From Felis catus (lineage: Eukaryota): a DNA stretch of 64,000 bases. The stretch is from assembly GCF_018350175.1 (NCBI RefSeq), contig NC_058368.1, forward strand, positions 153,204,001-153,268,000, read 5' to 3'. Shown piece after piece: positions 1-13,945 of the stretch (position 1 is its first letter; each line of letters opens with the position of its first letter). The position numbers were made by a program, and so were the translations under genes. The notes under the pieces are model-generated. The model worked only from the letters and a program-made list of their open reading frames with translations. It searched no databases and was not told the DNA's origin.

Positions 1-1379
1 CACTGAAACTGAAAAAAAAGAAGAGATAAAAAAATAAGAGGCTAGGAACGATGCAATTCCTACTTATCTCATACCTAAAACAATGTACAAATGCACAAAT
101 ACTGGATTTATCTTTTCAGTGCTGTCACTGGCATGAAATCCATTGTCTTTGCTGCCAAGTCACTAGCGATACGAAACAGCAGTAGGTCTGCAGCCCACGA
201 GTATGCGAAGGCAGAAACAAGAGATCAACAGAGACTTTTCAGGGTTGTCTGCCAAGGGAAGAGCAAAAGCAGAAAGCTGTGAAGTCCTTTGAGAGGAAGT
301 GGCCGCAAGAAGCGGCAGCAGTAATATACAAACCAGCCCCAGCAGAGAAGCCAGAGACAGCCAGAAAGTCACCTGGGAGCTAAGCACCAAGCAAGCCCAC
401 CACCAGAGGGGCACCAGCCCAAAAAAGCAGAGACCCAGCCAGGAGTGGATGCTTGCTTCTCCCATGAGGGAGTCTTGGCAATGTAACTAACATGTGAAAT
501 GGAAAGACCAAACCAAAACAAAATTTTATTGAGCGTCTACCAGATCACTTAACTATAGTGAGAGAAACAGAGGACTAAAATCAACATATGCCTCAGACCC
601 ACGTTTGTCCCCACCCCCATCCCACTCTCACCCCTGCTGATATTTAAAAACCATAATCTCTTCACAAATATTTCTTAAGCTCCTTTTGTGTGCCAGGGTC
701 CACGCTGCAAATTTAAAGTATAATGGTGAACTGGACATAGTCTCTTGCTTTCTAGGAGGGTAAAGTTTAATGAAAGATACTCTTTTTTTTTTTTTTTTAT
801 CACAAATTTGTGATTTTTTTCAGCTGAAAACTGAATTTTAATGAAGATTTCATTTCTCGAATTCCCTTGTCCTGCATCATTTTGTGCACTTTCTTAGACT
901 ATCTAAAAGATAACTGGTTTTATATAGGCCATTTGTAAAGCCTCCACAAAAATGTGGAGATTTTGAAATTGCACATTTTCCCTGTGGCTCCAAAAACATT
1001 ATACCTATTATTTTAACATCTCTATGTTTCAGTTTTTAAAATGTGGAAAAGAGAAACAAAAAATTATCCACATGTCCATGTTCCCATTATATACAATTCA
1101 TCTGTATTAACCCATTATATGGAATTGATCTTTGTTAATATACTGACAAACTTGCTTGTAGTTAAAAAAATTACTATTTGGAAAAAATGGTAAATATTTA
1201 CTATAAAGAATTGAAACAGAATAAAAGCATAAAGATTAAAAAGTTTTTTTAAAGTAATCTCTACAGCCAACATGAAGTTCAAACTCATGACCGCAAGATC
1301 AAGAGTCACCTGCTCTTACTTTATGAGCCACGCAGGCACCCCAAGGTTAAAAACCTTTAAAATGACTTCAAAAATAATC

Positions 1380-2140
1380 CTCATTAACATTAGGTGACCA
1401 TAACAGAAACAGTGATGGCCAGGAATTTTCAAAATTCTATAGCAAAAAACACAAATCCAAAAAGCTTAAGAGAACCCCCAACAAAGAAAATTATACCCAG
1501 GTATATCACAGACTCTTGAAAATCTAAATAGAAAATCATGGGGACAGCTTGGGGAAGTAAAGGAAACATTGCATACAAAAAAAAAGAAAAAGGTAAAAAC
1601 AAACACTATTCTCATCAGAAACCTTGGAAACCAGAAGACAGTATAATGATATCTTCAAAGTCCCCAGACAAACAAAAAACCTGTTAACCTAGAATTCCAT
1701 ATCTGGTGAAAATATTCCCCTAAAATGATAATGCGGGGTGCCTGGGTGGCTCCATCGGTTAAGCGTCCAACTTGGGCTCAGATCATGATCTCACAGTTCG
1801 TGAGTTAGAGCCCCGCGTCGGGCTCAGTGCTGACAGCTCAGAGCCTAGAGCCTGCTTCAGATTCTGTGTCTCCCTCTCTCTCTGCCCCTCCCCCATTCAC
1901 ACTCTTTGTGTGTGTCTCTCTCTCTGTCTCTCAAATATAAAATAAAACATTAAAAATAATAATAATGAAGATGGAATAAAGACATTTTCAGGCAGACAAA
2001 AGTTGAAAGAATTTATTTCTAACATATCTGAACTCTAAGAAATGCTAAAAAGAAGTTCTGCAGGCTAGAGGGAAAGGGAAGTGATACGAGCAAATCCTGT
2101 TCCAAAGAAAGGAATGAAGAGCACCAGAAAGAGCAAATGA
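1380..2140 (+). mobile_element. Old L1 (L1M-type) ORF1-region fragment interrupted by a SINE
   Basis: A-rich, with degenerate L1 ORF1 motifs (ctcatcagaaaccttggaaaccagaagacagt, aacctagaattccatatctggtgaaaatattcc, gaataaagacattttcaggcagacaaaagttgaaagaattt). Confidence 0.7.
1735..1965 (+). mobile_element. CAN-SINE (SINEC_Fc-like)
   Basis: ggggtgcctgggtggctc head, tRNA-like body, (CT)n tract and A-rich tail. Confidence 0.9.
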
Positions 2141-2461
2141 GGCATTAAAAACAAAGGATCATTTTTAAAATCATTCCCACTTTATACATACATATGTCAT
2201 TAAGTCTCTTTGAATACCATTGGCTATTTAAAAATAAAAGTAACATTAAGTGCACATCATTCTAGACACCTTTTTTGGAATACTAAATACTATTGGATGT
2301 CTAATTACAAGTAAATTTTAAATTATGTGACCATATTATATTTGCTGTAATATACAAAACTAAATTTATTTGAAAATTTAATTAGAAAAACTAAAATGGA
2401 AGAGGAGTAATTGTTGAATTTCAAAAAATTGTTCTATACCACAAATATAGATATACTAGGT

Positions 2462-3210
2462 AGGGGTGCCTGGCTGGATCCTTTGGAGGAACATGTGACT
2501 CTTGATCTAAGGGTTGTGAGTTCAAGCCCCAAGTTGGGGCATAGAGCTTACTTTAAGAAAAAAGAAGACAAGAAATTATAAATACATTAAAGGATTAGAG
2601 GGATGCCTGGGTGGCTCTGTCAGTTAAGCATCTGACTCTTGATTTTGGCTCAGATCGTGATCTATCGGTTTGTTGGATTGAGCCCAAGTCAAGCTCTGCA
2701 CCAACAGTGCATAACCTGCTTGGGATTCTCTCTCTCTGTGCCCCCACCCCAGCTCTTTCACTCTTTCTATCTCAAATTTAAAAAAAAAATTTTTTAATGA
2801 TTAGAATCACTGTTTTTTATTACCTAGGTATTTCAATTTTATAGTATTGATTGACTACATGCTGTAAAAGATGGAATCATGAATAATCATGTCTCCCATC
2901 TCCTCTATCCCAACCTTAGGAACTTTCTTAGTTAATATTATCTTTTTAGGTTGTCTAGACTTAACTTTTTCATTTGACTCTCTAATTCTCATGATTTTGT
3001 TCAGTATTGGTTTTATATCTAAATGCATAGATGTATAGGTCTTTTTACATGATCCTTTTTTTTTTTTTTTCAAGTTTATTTTAGAGAGAGGGAGAGAGAA
3101 TCCTATGCAGGCTCCAGACTGCTAGGTCAGAGCCCAACACAGGGCTGAAAGCCACCAACCATGAGATCAAGAGTTAGATACCCAACTGACTGAGCCACCC
3201 AGGCACCCCA
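2462..3210. mobile_element. Cluster of three CAN-SINEs (2462-2560 +, 2599-2790 +, 3055-3210 -)
   Basis: SINE heads and tails visible. The third copy is flanked by the TSD catgatccttt. Confidence 0.85.
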
Positions 3211-6200
3211 CATGATCCTTTTGCCATCTTTGTACTGAATTCTGTTTTTTCTTCTGTATGGGCAATTCATCTCTTTATTGGTTATATTTTATTATCATGT
3301 AGTTTGGGTTACCTCTACCCAAAAGGATACATGGATGTTGCATTCCCAGCATATTTTTTTAATGGTTGATAATTTCAAATGCTCTATTGGCTGAGTATAA
3401 TATTCTTGGACCACTTTTTCCCCTCAGAACTTAATAGATATTGTTCCATTGTCTTTTAGCACTACTAGTTGATGTAAAGAAGTCTGAAGAAAGCCTAAAA
3501 TTTACCACTTAGTCACAGATTGGCTTTTTTTCTGCTTGAATATCTTAAAGTTTAAAACTTAGTAAGGCTATGATTTGGTATTAAGGAATCTGTATCAAAA
3601 TTTCCCTGGTACATGGTATTATACTTTCAATCTGAAGGTACAGTTATTTTTTTCTTTCACAAGAAATTATTATTATATTAATATTATGTCTTTTTATTCA
3701 TCTTCAGTTATCATTCTTTGGATTCCCCTTTTCAAGTATAGCAATGAACAATTCTTGAGTATTTTTTTTTCCCTATTAGCTTCTGTAATTCCTTTAATCT
3801 TTGTCTTTTTCATCTTAGTTCACTGGACTTTATATTAGCAAAATCTCCTTTATTTTCAAACTCTCTGAATCATAGTGCCAACTACTAACAGCACAGTAGT
3901 TCAACTTTTGTGGTTACAGTGAGATGTGCGGTGTCTGTAAGACCAATTTCTCATTACCTGTGGAACTCTAGCTTTTTATTCCTCAAATATTTAAGTGCTG
4001 GCACCTCTATAAACTTTACATTTTAGTGTCTAGACATTTAATTCTTTGTGTTTTAATGGCAGGCTAGGCACTATCACCTGCATATTTTTATCATGTATCA
4101 TTGGCCAAAACTCTTTGCCAGAAACTGAAATAAATATTAGAAGTAGAGGTTGTGTGGAGTCAGTATGTCAGGTTGCTGAACACATTTAGCTCAGTATCTG
4201 TGAGAGCTCTTTTTGGATGGGTGTGTTAATGTTCACTGGTGGAGGACACAGTGTAAGGTCTGTCACACTGTGTGGAACGTGGAAAAAATAGTGAGCTGAT
4301 GTTTCGCTTTATTTAGAGCCGATTTAAAATTAAAGAAATGGGACTGGGCAGCTGTTTTTAAATGGGCTCATTGAATGCATTTGATTTTTTTCACCACTTT
4401 TTTATAACCTGAAGGAATTATGGGAAGGGCGAGGCAGAGATAAAGGGGATTGCTGACGGTGACAGCTTGCACGCAGTTACGGTTTGAATACCTGGATTCT
4501 ACCCTCTTGTGAGATCTTTTTACAAGTCCTGCCAAGATTAACTGCTCCTGTTTGAAGGCTGTATCATAGTCCTCAGAGGGAGGCACTTTCAGATTGAAGA
4601 TGAGTTCTCCAAATCAGCACGAAGCCCTAAGACTTCACTTCCTTCAGGAGCAGGCAGCTTAACCATCTTGCTGTTTTACCCGGTTCTCCATCTTCCTCTC
4701 GGGAAGATCTGTCAAATAGCAAAGTTGATTCTTTCCCACCTTAATGGAACTGATAGATATCACTGAGTTAAGCAGCCACATCTCCTGTACTTATTTTCCT
4801 CTTTGATCATATTAGGAGAATCTTTTAACTCTTTTAGACATTATGGTCTGTTTGTGTCTCACTGAATGTTTGCCAATAAGTTTAAATGCCTGAATCAAAA
4901 AAATAAAATAAAATAAAAAATTGGCCATAGTAGGTATGGTTCATCCAGATACAATCTAACTAAAGACTTTGAAAACATTTTTCATCATTGTAGTTGGAGA
5001 TCCAACAAAATTATCAAAATAGCAATGCGCAGAAAGAATTCCCTTCTGTCACCCTTCCCTGAGTAAAGCATAGGAACAACAGGTGGATGGATTATATAGG
5101 TCTTGCTTCTAAACGAAGTTAACCTATTACTTTGTAAAGTATTGTCTCTGTGAGCAACTTGAGAGTAGGAATCTGATGTTTTCTCCTTGCATCTCAGTGC
5201 CTGACAGTGCACATATAGTGGGTGGTCAGCATTTTGGATTGAACACTTGAGATTCTAGATTCTCTGTTACATTATTTTACAGACCAGCATATAAGGGAGA
5301 GCCTGGGATTGAAACATGCAGTGTTTGGGAAAGGAACTTGTTTTTACTCTGAGGTCAGAAATCTCCATGGCTGAGTACTTTAGATAAAGAAGCTCCCTTT
5401 TCTGTATTTGCCCAGCCTGGGCCGGACCCAGGCAAATGTCACACGATCTACATTTAAACATTCTTTTCTTTTCTAAAATGTTTATGTTTCCTGGGGGCAC
5501 ATCTAAAAGATTCAAAGTATTAGCTGTATATGTATTCTTTTAAGAAAAAGAAAAAAAAACACATGTAATTTTCACATGCAAGTTATTTTCAGCAGGCAGT
5601 TCCTTTCCTGAAGCACAAAAGGCTAGATATAAAAACAAACAAGAGAGAATGTGCTGTTTTAACAAATGGGTCCTTAGAGATGGATTTTAAAACATGGTTT
5701 TTGTTTCCTGATCTAGCTTTTACCCTATCACTTCGTAACACTTAGAGAAATCCTGAAATAAATCAGAGACATTCTCACAGTTTTTAAGGCTGACAGTTTA
5801 ATTTTTTTCCTGTTTTGTCTATTGCTGTGGCCAATTTAATTAGGTCATACCCATGTGAAAAATTACTTGTTCAAGAAAAATTTTGGACGTGTGTGTGTGT
5901 TTTCAGGAAGATTTATTTCTGCTAACGTTTATATCATCATTTGCACGTGAAACTAATTCACTTACCTACATAACTTAAAATACTAATGTTGCTCAAAAAC
6001 AAACAAAACAACCCTGATTCAAAAGGAAACATGTTTCTGTTAGTAACTTTATATTGTGGTTAAGGTAATTATACTTAAAAATATTTTTAGCAGGTGAACC
6101 ACTGATTTTAAAACATATCTGTTAATTATACAGATTGGATACCAACTCTGGAAGGGGGAGAAAGACCTAATTTATGGCAGTATTCTAGAAATGGCAGCAT

Positions 6201-7204
6201 AGCTCACATGCTAGCATGCCCATCATGCAGACTGTTTTCGAATTTCATTTTATCAAAAATTTATTGTCATTCTTATGCCTTGAGTATTTTCTAACAGACA
6301 CTTTGCTATTTATACCAGCAGATACAAGTTTCAAGCCCACAAGTATATTATTTGCATTATTGCTTCCATACTCCTAGAAATGTCATGAACCATGTGAGAA
6401 TGCAAGCTTCACAAAACGAAGAAACTTACTCGTATTTCATGAACAATGTTAACATTAACTCCTTTTCTTCTTTAATAAGCTTGCTTTCATTTTTGTGGAT
6501 TAATGTAAGAATTTTCATAACTAAGGAGATTCTAATTTGCTTCCAAAACTTAAACACCAAGATTAACAGATACAAAAGCCACAATTTAACATATTTTATT
6601 GGCCGAGAATAAAGGTCAAAATTACCAAGCATTATAGAAGCACCATTAGAAGTATACAGTAGATCCCTTGTAGAAATCATGAAGGACAGCCAGTGTAGGC
6701 CATGTCTGGAACACAAATGCAAAATCTGAGTTGCTCTCTGTGACGGAAGCAGAGCAATTGTCAAGAGCTTGACTAGGTTGCAAAAGAATTTAAAGGGCCA
6801 GCAGATCTTTAAGAACTCACAAGATAGCTTTGTTGTCTCCTGGAACGTTCACTGAGAAGCAAGGCACGCTAAATACCAAGCAATTCACAGAATTCCTCTG
6901 AGTCCCTACCCAGTGATGCTGTTTTCAAATGAAATAAGTCAGTGAGCTGTATAAACAAAATCAGAAGGTTCAATTAGTACTGCCCTTCTGGAAGTCTACC
7001 TCACTTCAACCATTTTGCTAGGAAAAAAATGAGAACAAGTGAGATCCATGGGAAAAGAGTAATTTTCTGGAAGGCAAGAGGTTTGCTTTCTATAACAAAA
7101 AGGTACACGGCTAATCAGATACGCGTCTGCAGTTTGTTTTCACATATTTGTAGGGCTAGATTTCAGAGTCACTTGTGTTTTAATCAAGAAAAAAAATGTG
7201 GTTT

Positions 7205-7230
7205 GTGTGTGTGTGTGTGTGTGTGTGTGT
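7205..7230 (+). repeat. (TG)n microsatellite
   Basis: About 13 TG units, read directly. Confidence 0.95.
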
Positions 7231-7441
7231 TTTTTAGTGAGGGGGCACTTTTCCCAAATAACATTGGAAAACTTTTTTGTGACATCCAGAAATTTACAGT
7301 GGCCCCTTGCTAGACTTGTAACATGTTCTGTAATTCCCAGCTTCAGGTAGAATTTGAATGCTTGTAGAAAATCCGGCTATGCTTACAACCAACCACCTTT
7401 ATTTTTCAGCTGCGGTAGCCGGATTTCCTTTAACAAACTAG

Positions 7442-7840
<399 letters not shown>

Positions 7841-8518
7841 TGACTTTTAAATCCCTCTCCTGGGAACAGCCTTTGATCAGTGGTATTTGATTGGCTTACT
7901 GTGGTATCATGCCTGTTACCTAATTCTTTTTTTCCCTGCCCTGTGAGCTAAACTAACCAGCGATTTGTACTGGGAAGTCAGAACATAATTTGTCGTCTCT
8001 TTCTTCAAAATCTTCCTAATTTAAAATGGCAGTGACTGGATGTGCTTTGGAAATGTTTTTTTTAAATACTGTTCTTCCTAAAAATACGTCCTTCACTCTC
8101 TTTCTTCACCCATCCCAGCTCATTACTTGGATCCCAGCAAATACTCAGTGAAAAGAGGCTAAAACTCTTTTTAAGTACCAGAAAATATTTTAGGGCAAAA
8201 GCTTGGAAGAGGGCTTCAGCAGCACTGCTAGAAAAATCTATCCAGGATGTCCTCTGTGAGATCCACCTCCCACTGTTCTTTGCATTCTGTCCTCATCATT
8301 TTGCTTTCCTCTGTCTAAATCACATTGCCACCAATCTGTCAGTAATGCTACCCATAGCACTGGGACCAATGCTCAAAGTTTAAACTTACATGAAGACATT
8401 TGTCCAGGAAGAGATAGTATACAGGTCCCTGACCATTTCTACAGTGCCAAAAGCATGCTTGCTTATTGCTCCTTACATAACTCACATTGCTGTCTTTGTA
8501 TTAAAGAGCCAAGGGCAA

Positions 8519-8745
8519 GGGCACCTGCGTGGTGGCCAGTTAAGCATCGGACTCTTGTTTTAGGCTCAGGTCATGATCTCAAGGTTCCTGAGTTTGGTTC
8601 CTGAGTTCGAACCCCACGTTGGACTCTGTGCTGACGGCACAGAGTCCGCTTGAGATTCTCTCTCTCTCCTTCTCTTTCTGCCCATCTCCTGCTTGTGCTG
8701 TCTCTGACTCTCTCAAAATAAGTAAATAAACATTTTAAAAAAGGA
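8519..8745 (+). mobile_element. CAN-SINE, sense to ADGRV1
   Basis: SINE body with an internal duplication of ggttcctgagtt, a CT tract, AATAAA tail and ccaaggg flanking repeat. Confidence 0.88.
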
Positions 8746-9112
8746 AAACCAAGGGAAACAGTATTTGTGTTTGCATCCTGAAATCTGGCAAGAAATCAAA
8801 GTGCATCTGTCTGAAAAGGTAATGGTTTATTGATAGTACTTGTAAGTAGGTAAATAGGTAGGTAGGTATGTAGATAGATAATCTACCTGCTCAGTGATAT
8901 TTTTTGTCTCCCATGTTAAATGTTGAAAGGAATTTTATTCATGTCAGGTTAAAATTAAAATAGGTAAATGATCACAAGTATATTTAAGAATTGGGATATG
9001 TCTTTAGTACCCTTAAATGTTTAGAAATCTAGTGCCATTTCTATATCCCCAAAGTTGTTAAAATGGAATTGTTTTCACATTGTAGTTGGTACCAATAGAA
9101 ATGGATACTTTT

Positions 9113-9331
9113 TTTAAAAATTTTTTTTAATGTTTATTTATTTTTGAGACATAGAGAGACAGAGCATCTACGGGGGAGGGTCAGAGAGAGAGGGAGACAC
9201 AGAATCGGAAGCAGGCTCCAGGCTCTGAGCTGTCAGCACAGAGCCTGGCGCGGGGCTCAAACTCACGGACCGCGATATCATGACCTGAGCCGAAGTTGGA
9301 CGCTTAACCGACTGAGCCACCCAGGCGCCCC
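9113..9331 (-). mobile_element. Young CAN-SINE (SINEC_Fc) with perfect TSD
   Basis: CpG-rich, near-consensus body flanked by agaaatggatactttt on both sides. Confidence 0.93.
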
Positions 9332-9438
9332 AGAAATGGATACTTTTAGAACCAACGATTCAGGAGTGAATCTTTAAAAAATATATATATATTTTTTTGT
9401 CTTTTTGATTGTTTATCCAATCTAGCATTTGTCTAGAT

Positions 9439-9644
9439 CTGAACTATACAATACAATAGCCATTAGCCATGTGTGGCTATTTAAATTCAAACTAAGTAAA
9501 ATTAAACAGCATTAAAAGTTCAGGTTGTCGCTCACCCTGGCCACATTCAAGTGCCCAGTAGCCACGTGTTCCGTGGCTGCCGCAAAGGAGAGCACAGATT
9601 TAAAATATCCGTGTCATCACAGAAAGCTCTGCTGAGCGGTGTGG
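9439..9644. mobile_element. MER3-like hAT-Charlie MITE
   Basis: tagccattagccatgtgtggctatttaaatt...gccacattcaagtgcccagtagccacgtg. Flanked by hAT-type 8-bp target duplications gtctagat (9431-9438) and ctctagat (9645-9652). Confidence 0.75.
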
Positions 9645-10486
9645 CTCTAGATGGTCAACTTCTTACTGAAATATTTTAAGGCTTAATCTTCTCTCACATT
9701 ATTCCTACAGTCCTCAGGTCACTTTTCTCAGCAGGAGGCTCCCCTGTAGTCTCTCAGAAAACCCCGTGTCAGGAGGGAGCAGCTGTGACAATTCAGTTCC
9801 TGGGCCTGAGCCACTACTTGAATGTTCATGTAGGGTGTTGCACAATGGCACACCCTTCAAGTGTGTCCTGCCTTCCTCAGAAGCTCAGAATTGGCCTTGA
9901 TCCAGCTGTCAGTGAGGGACTGTCAGCGACATTCTAGAAAGCCACTAGGAGAAGGGAAAGCATTAGGCAAGGAAGAATTAAGGGGTTGTTTATCAGTGAC
10001 CCAGAGGGAAGTGAATACATTTAATCATTTTAGGTTAGAACTATCTTTTTAATCATTTAATCCAATGATTGTGTGAAGATTTATTTTGTAACTGGAAGTT
10101 TCTACCTTTTACTCCCCTTAGGCTATTTTGTCCACCACTCCATTAACTCCCCCCATTATATTCTTAACAGTTTCCTTCCCATACATCCTACAAAAAAAAA
10201 AATAAAACGTGTTGTTTGCGTTTAAAAAATAATTTTCTTTCCCCACACATGACCACATAGAAATCTACAAGTAATTCTAATACAGAAATTGTTGAGAAAC
10301 ACCAGATTAGGTTGTCTCTAAGGACAAAAGGTAAAATTAAAGAGGTCTTCTTCTAAACAGTTCAGCAGTCCCTTCACTTGATGTTTGTAATAAGAATGTG
10401 GAGATAAATTATTCATGTAGATATCAGAGTAACTATGTAGGTGTTGATATTATTGTTTCCTTTTCTCCCCACCCTACACCAAAAAG

Positions 10487-10664
10487 GTGCCACCTGATTG
10501 GGAGAGAGCATCCTTCCAACAAGCCAGTCAGGCCAGCCCTGACCTGAAGCCAAGTCCGCAGAATGGCGCCACATTTCCTTCCTCTGGAGGATATGGCCAG
10601 GGGTCACTAATAGCTGATGAGGAGTCCCAGGAGTTTGATGACTTGATATTTGCATTAAAAACTG
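10487..10664 (+). CDS. ADGRV1: ADGRV1 penultimate exon (178 nt, phase 0/1), cytoplasmic tail
   Basis: Acceptor ...ccaaaaAG (10485-10486) and donor CTG|GTatgt (10665). Translates [59 protein letters not shown](G). Confidence 0.97.
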
Positions 10665-11488
10665 GTATGTATGAACCCACAAACCACATTAGAAGTAGGC
10701 ACTCTTGCTATGCTACAACTTATATCCTCTTCCCATGAAGTGCACATCCTGATTCTCATGACCCATTCCTAATCCTAGCCAAACTTTAGGATATTTTGTT
10801 CTTGGCACCAACTATAACACAATCTAAAAATAATTTATAATTTGCTTTTAAGAAAAAGGCAAACTCTAAATGTAAATGTCTCTGTCCTGGAATCTTGATG
10901 TAACACCAAGATACCATTGAAACAATCTCAGTGTTGTAAGACAATCTGGTAGGGATCTCACTCAGAGTTTTGCCTCTGACCTGCCACGGAGACCTGGAGT
11001 GTTTTTGAAGCAAAGAATTTCAAAGGCAATATCATGGGCGGCATGTAGTTATTTCGTTTTCCAAGCACCATCACATATTGTATCTCACTGGCTCCTCCTA
11101 CATGTTCAACCCCACTCAGCCTGTGACCCCAATAGATAGTTGTTTTCAAATCAAATATAAGGGTTTTTTCCTTTCCTTTAAACATTTTTTTTTAATTATT
11201 AAGTAAACTCAACCGCAACGTGGGGCTTGAACTTAAGACCCTGAGATCAAAAGTCCCATGCTATCGACTGAGCCAGGTAGGTGCCCCTGCAGTTTTTTTT
11301 TTTTTTTAATTTTTTTCCTCAGAAAGATCTTGAACTGCCAGTGGTATAAAAATTTCAGTGAAATTTTCATTTCTAGATGTGCAAGCAAGCAAGAAGATAT
11401 GTCCATGCTCAGATGAACCTATTAAAATAATTATTCCAAGTATATTTTACTATATATATATATGCCTATATTAAGAATAGTGCTTGGA

Positions 11489-11710
11489 GGGGCACCTGGA
11501 TGGCTCAGGCAGTTAAGGGTTCGACTTCAGCTCAGGTCATGATCTTGCAGTTTGTGGCTTCAAGCCCCACATCAGGCTCTGTGCTGACAGCTCAGAGCCT
11601 GGAGTCTGCTTCAGATTCTGTGTCTCCTTCTCTCTATGCCTCTCCCCTGCTTGCTCTCTGTGTCTCTCTCGAAAACAAATAAACATCAAAAAAAAAAATT
11701 AAAGAAAAAA
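11489..11710 (+). mobile_element. CAN-SINE
   Basis: Full body with TSD aagaatagtg(c/t)ttgga. A short minus-strand SINE lies at ~11185-11288. Confidence 0.9.
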
Positions 11711-11759
11711 GAATAGTGTTTGGAAAATGAATACTTTCCAATATTCATATCCAACAATA

Positions 11760-13140
11760 TTGTTGGAAAAATGAATGAATGAAAGAAAAATGAAACTTAA
11801 GAGTTTGCTTGGAGGAATAGACATTCACACAAACGTGATATAAGGAAGAGTAAATAAGTAGTGAAAAGAAATATTAATTATTGAAGAGATCAAGGAAATC
11901 TTTTTAAATGCTCTCAATTGTATCTTGAAAAATATGTAGGTTTTAAATAGGTGAAGGGTGGAGGAAAGGCATTGCAGACTGAGGGAGTAGAATGAGCCAT
12001 GCCTTGGGGCTTACAGGTGCTCAGTTTATAGGTGCCTGGGGAGAAGAGACCCTGCCTGCAGCATGGCCAGGGTGGAAGGTGATTGCATCCAGGCAGCAGC
12101 ACGAAGGCCTGAAACCTGCATGGTTTATAATTTACTGTAGTTCCCCAACTGGGTTTCAGCGAACAACCTCCTTGAGATATTTATAGCCCTCCTCAATGGG
12201 AGGATCCCCTGACTGAGTCTATTTGGGAAACTGCAAAGATTCACAATTCAATTAGCATTTTAGCAGCTCTGAAAAGTCCTAGAGTAAAGAAACCCACTTC
12301 ACTTAATTTAACCTGGTGTTTCCGGAACACATTTAGTAATAGATTCATTTTGTGGGAGCAGAACACTTGCTGGTATTTTACATAATGTTAAAATGCTGCT
12401 CAGATTCCATGTTAAGGAGTGGGATTTTTATAGAACCTAGTGAGCCATGGAGGTTTTTGAGGAGAGGAATGGCATGTTCCCACTGGTTTTTGAGGCAAAA
12501 TAACTCTTACAAAAGTATGAAGAGTAAATTTAGAAGCAAAACCAGAAAGGCTGGGAGATTGTTGCAATTGTCCAAGGGAATGGGGTTTGGGTCCCAGATT
12601 TAGGAAGTGGAAATAAGAAAGAGAAGATGAGCACAAGAGGAAGGCTGAGCGAACACTCAGAGGACAGTCAGTAAAGGCTTCTGCTTCTCACTTCAGAGGC
12701 TGAGGAATCATGTAAAGAGCATTTGTTCATTGATTTGTTTGCAGCGACAAACTGGTGAGTTCAGATTTGGACTTACTGGTTATTAGGCCTGGTGGATCTT
12801 AAACATTCAGGCTTGAAGGATCTTAAGCTGAGGGTTTAGGATTGAAGGTATTGGTTTGAAATGCATCCATGCAGAGACTATATTTGAAGCTGCGGGGATG
12901 GACAAGTTTGATCTTGGGAGAATGAAGGAGAGAGAGAAGAAGAAAAGAGGTGAGGAAGGGAAAGAAGAAGAACATCCTAGATAATATCTGCCTTTCAAGA
13001 GTGAATAGAAGAGGGTCCCACAAAGGAAACTGCAGCGTGCTGAGAAAGAAGTAAAGAGACAACGAAGTTTTATGAAGGAGGTAATGAACAACTGCCCAAA
13101 ATGCTCACTAGCGTTAGGACTAGAAAGGGGCTTTCAGATT
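11760..13140 (-). mobile_element. Degenerate L2 LINE fragments
   Basis: Purine-rich sequence with L2-like motifs (aatgaatgaatga; gagccatggaggtttttgag; gagttcagatttggac; gactatatttgaagctgcgggg). Confidence 0.5.
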
Positions 13141-13499
13141 ACCAATAATTCTCAGGGAAGATTATGTCCCCAGCACTACAAAGTGGTCAGTTGTTATTAT
13201 GACACTGAAAACATAAAATGAATTCTTGCAGGATAATTAAATTAGATGTGGGTCCTATATATATAACAAGTATTAAATGCATTCAGTTCAGGAATGTATG
13301 GAATGACTTGCTTACTTATAGATGAGTTTAGCATTCTTTGGAGCTCATTAAACTTGTTAGGAAATAAATACTTAAAAAGACCAAAATAACAGTCTGTAAC
13401 ATTGGATCCCTCTGTTTTCAGAAAAGCACCACCCCCTTGATGCTTCATCGTAGAATATGGTCAAATCAGAGGAGCAGTCCACATACCATTCCACCTACA

Positions 13500-13945
13500 G
13501 CTGAATTTACAGTTGATGCATAGGCCGGATTTGGCCCAACAGAGGGTTTTGTTTGATTCTCATAGTGTTGTAACATTTTTTTAAGTACACATTTAAGAAT
13601 TTAGAGAAATTCCAGGGTGCCTGGCTGACTCAGACTATGCAACCCTTGATCTTGGGGTCATGATTTCAAGCCCCACGTTGGGTATAGAGATTACTTGAAA
13701 ACAAAAATCTTAAAAAAAAAAATTTAGAGGTGTCCCATAAAACCCCACAATTTCTTTTTTTGAAAAATCTAGCAACAGAGTGCTTAAAGTCTAGCACAAT
13801 CCTAAAATCTCCTTGATTAGAGTTGTGTAATGGCTGCCCCTTTAGACAGAGCATGAGATCTTTGATTTGTCCAGTGCTCACTAGACCTGGGTCACCGGCC
13901 TAAGCTATCCCACCTGGTCTCTGTGACATTTGAGTTCATAAACCT
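13500..13945. mobile_element. MER102-like hAT element interrupted by a short SINE (13615-13722)
   Basis: ggccggatttggcccaacagagggttttgtttg start and gacatttgagtt end resemble the recalled consensus. Confidence 0.5.

Noticed and set aside
400..415. CTCF-like CCACCAGAGGGGCAC
   Set aside because: An extra G breaks the core spacing, and a single imperfect motif has no supporting context.
10413..10682. Antisense ORFs over exons (also 19382-19570)
   Set aside because: Shadow ORFs of the coding exons, with no independent support.
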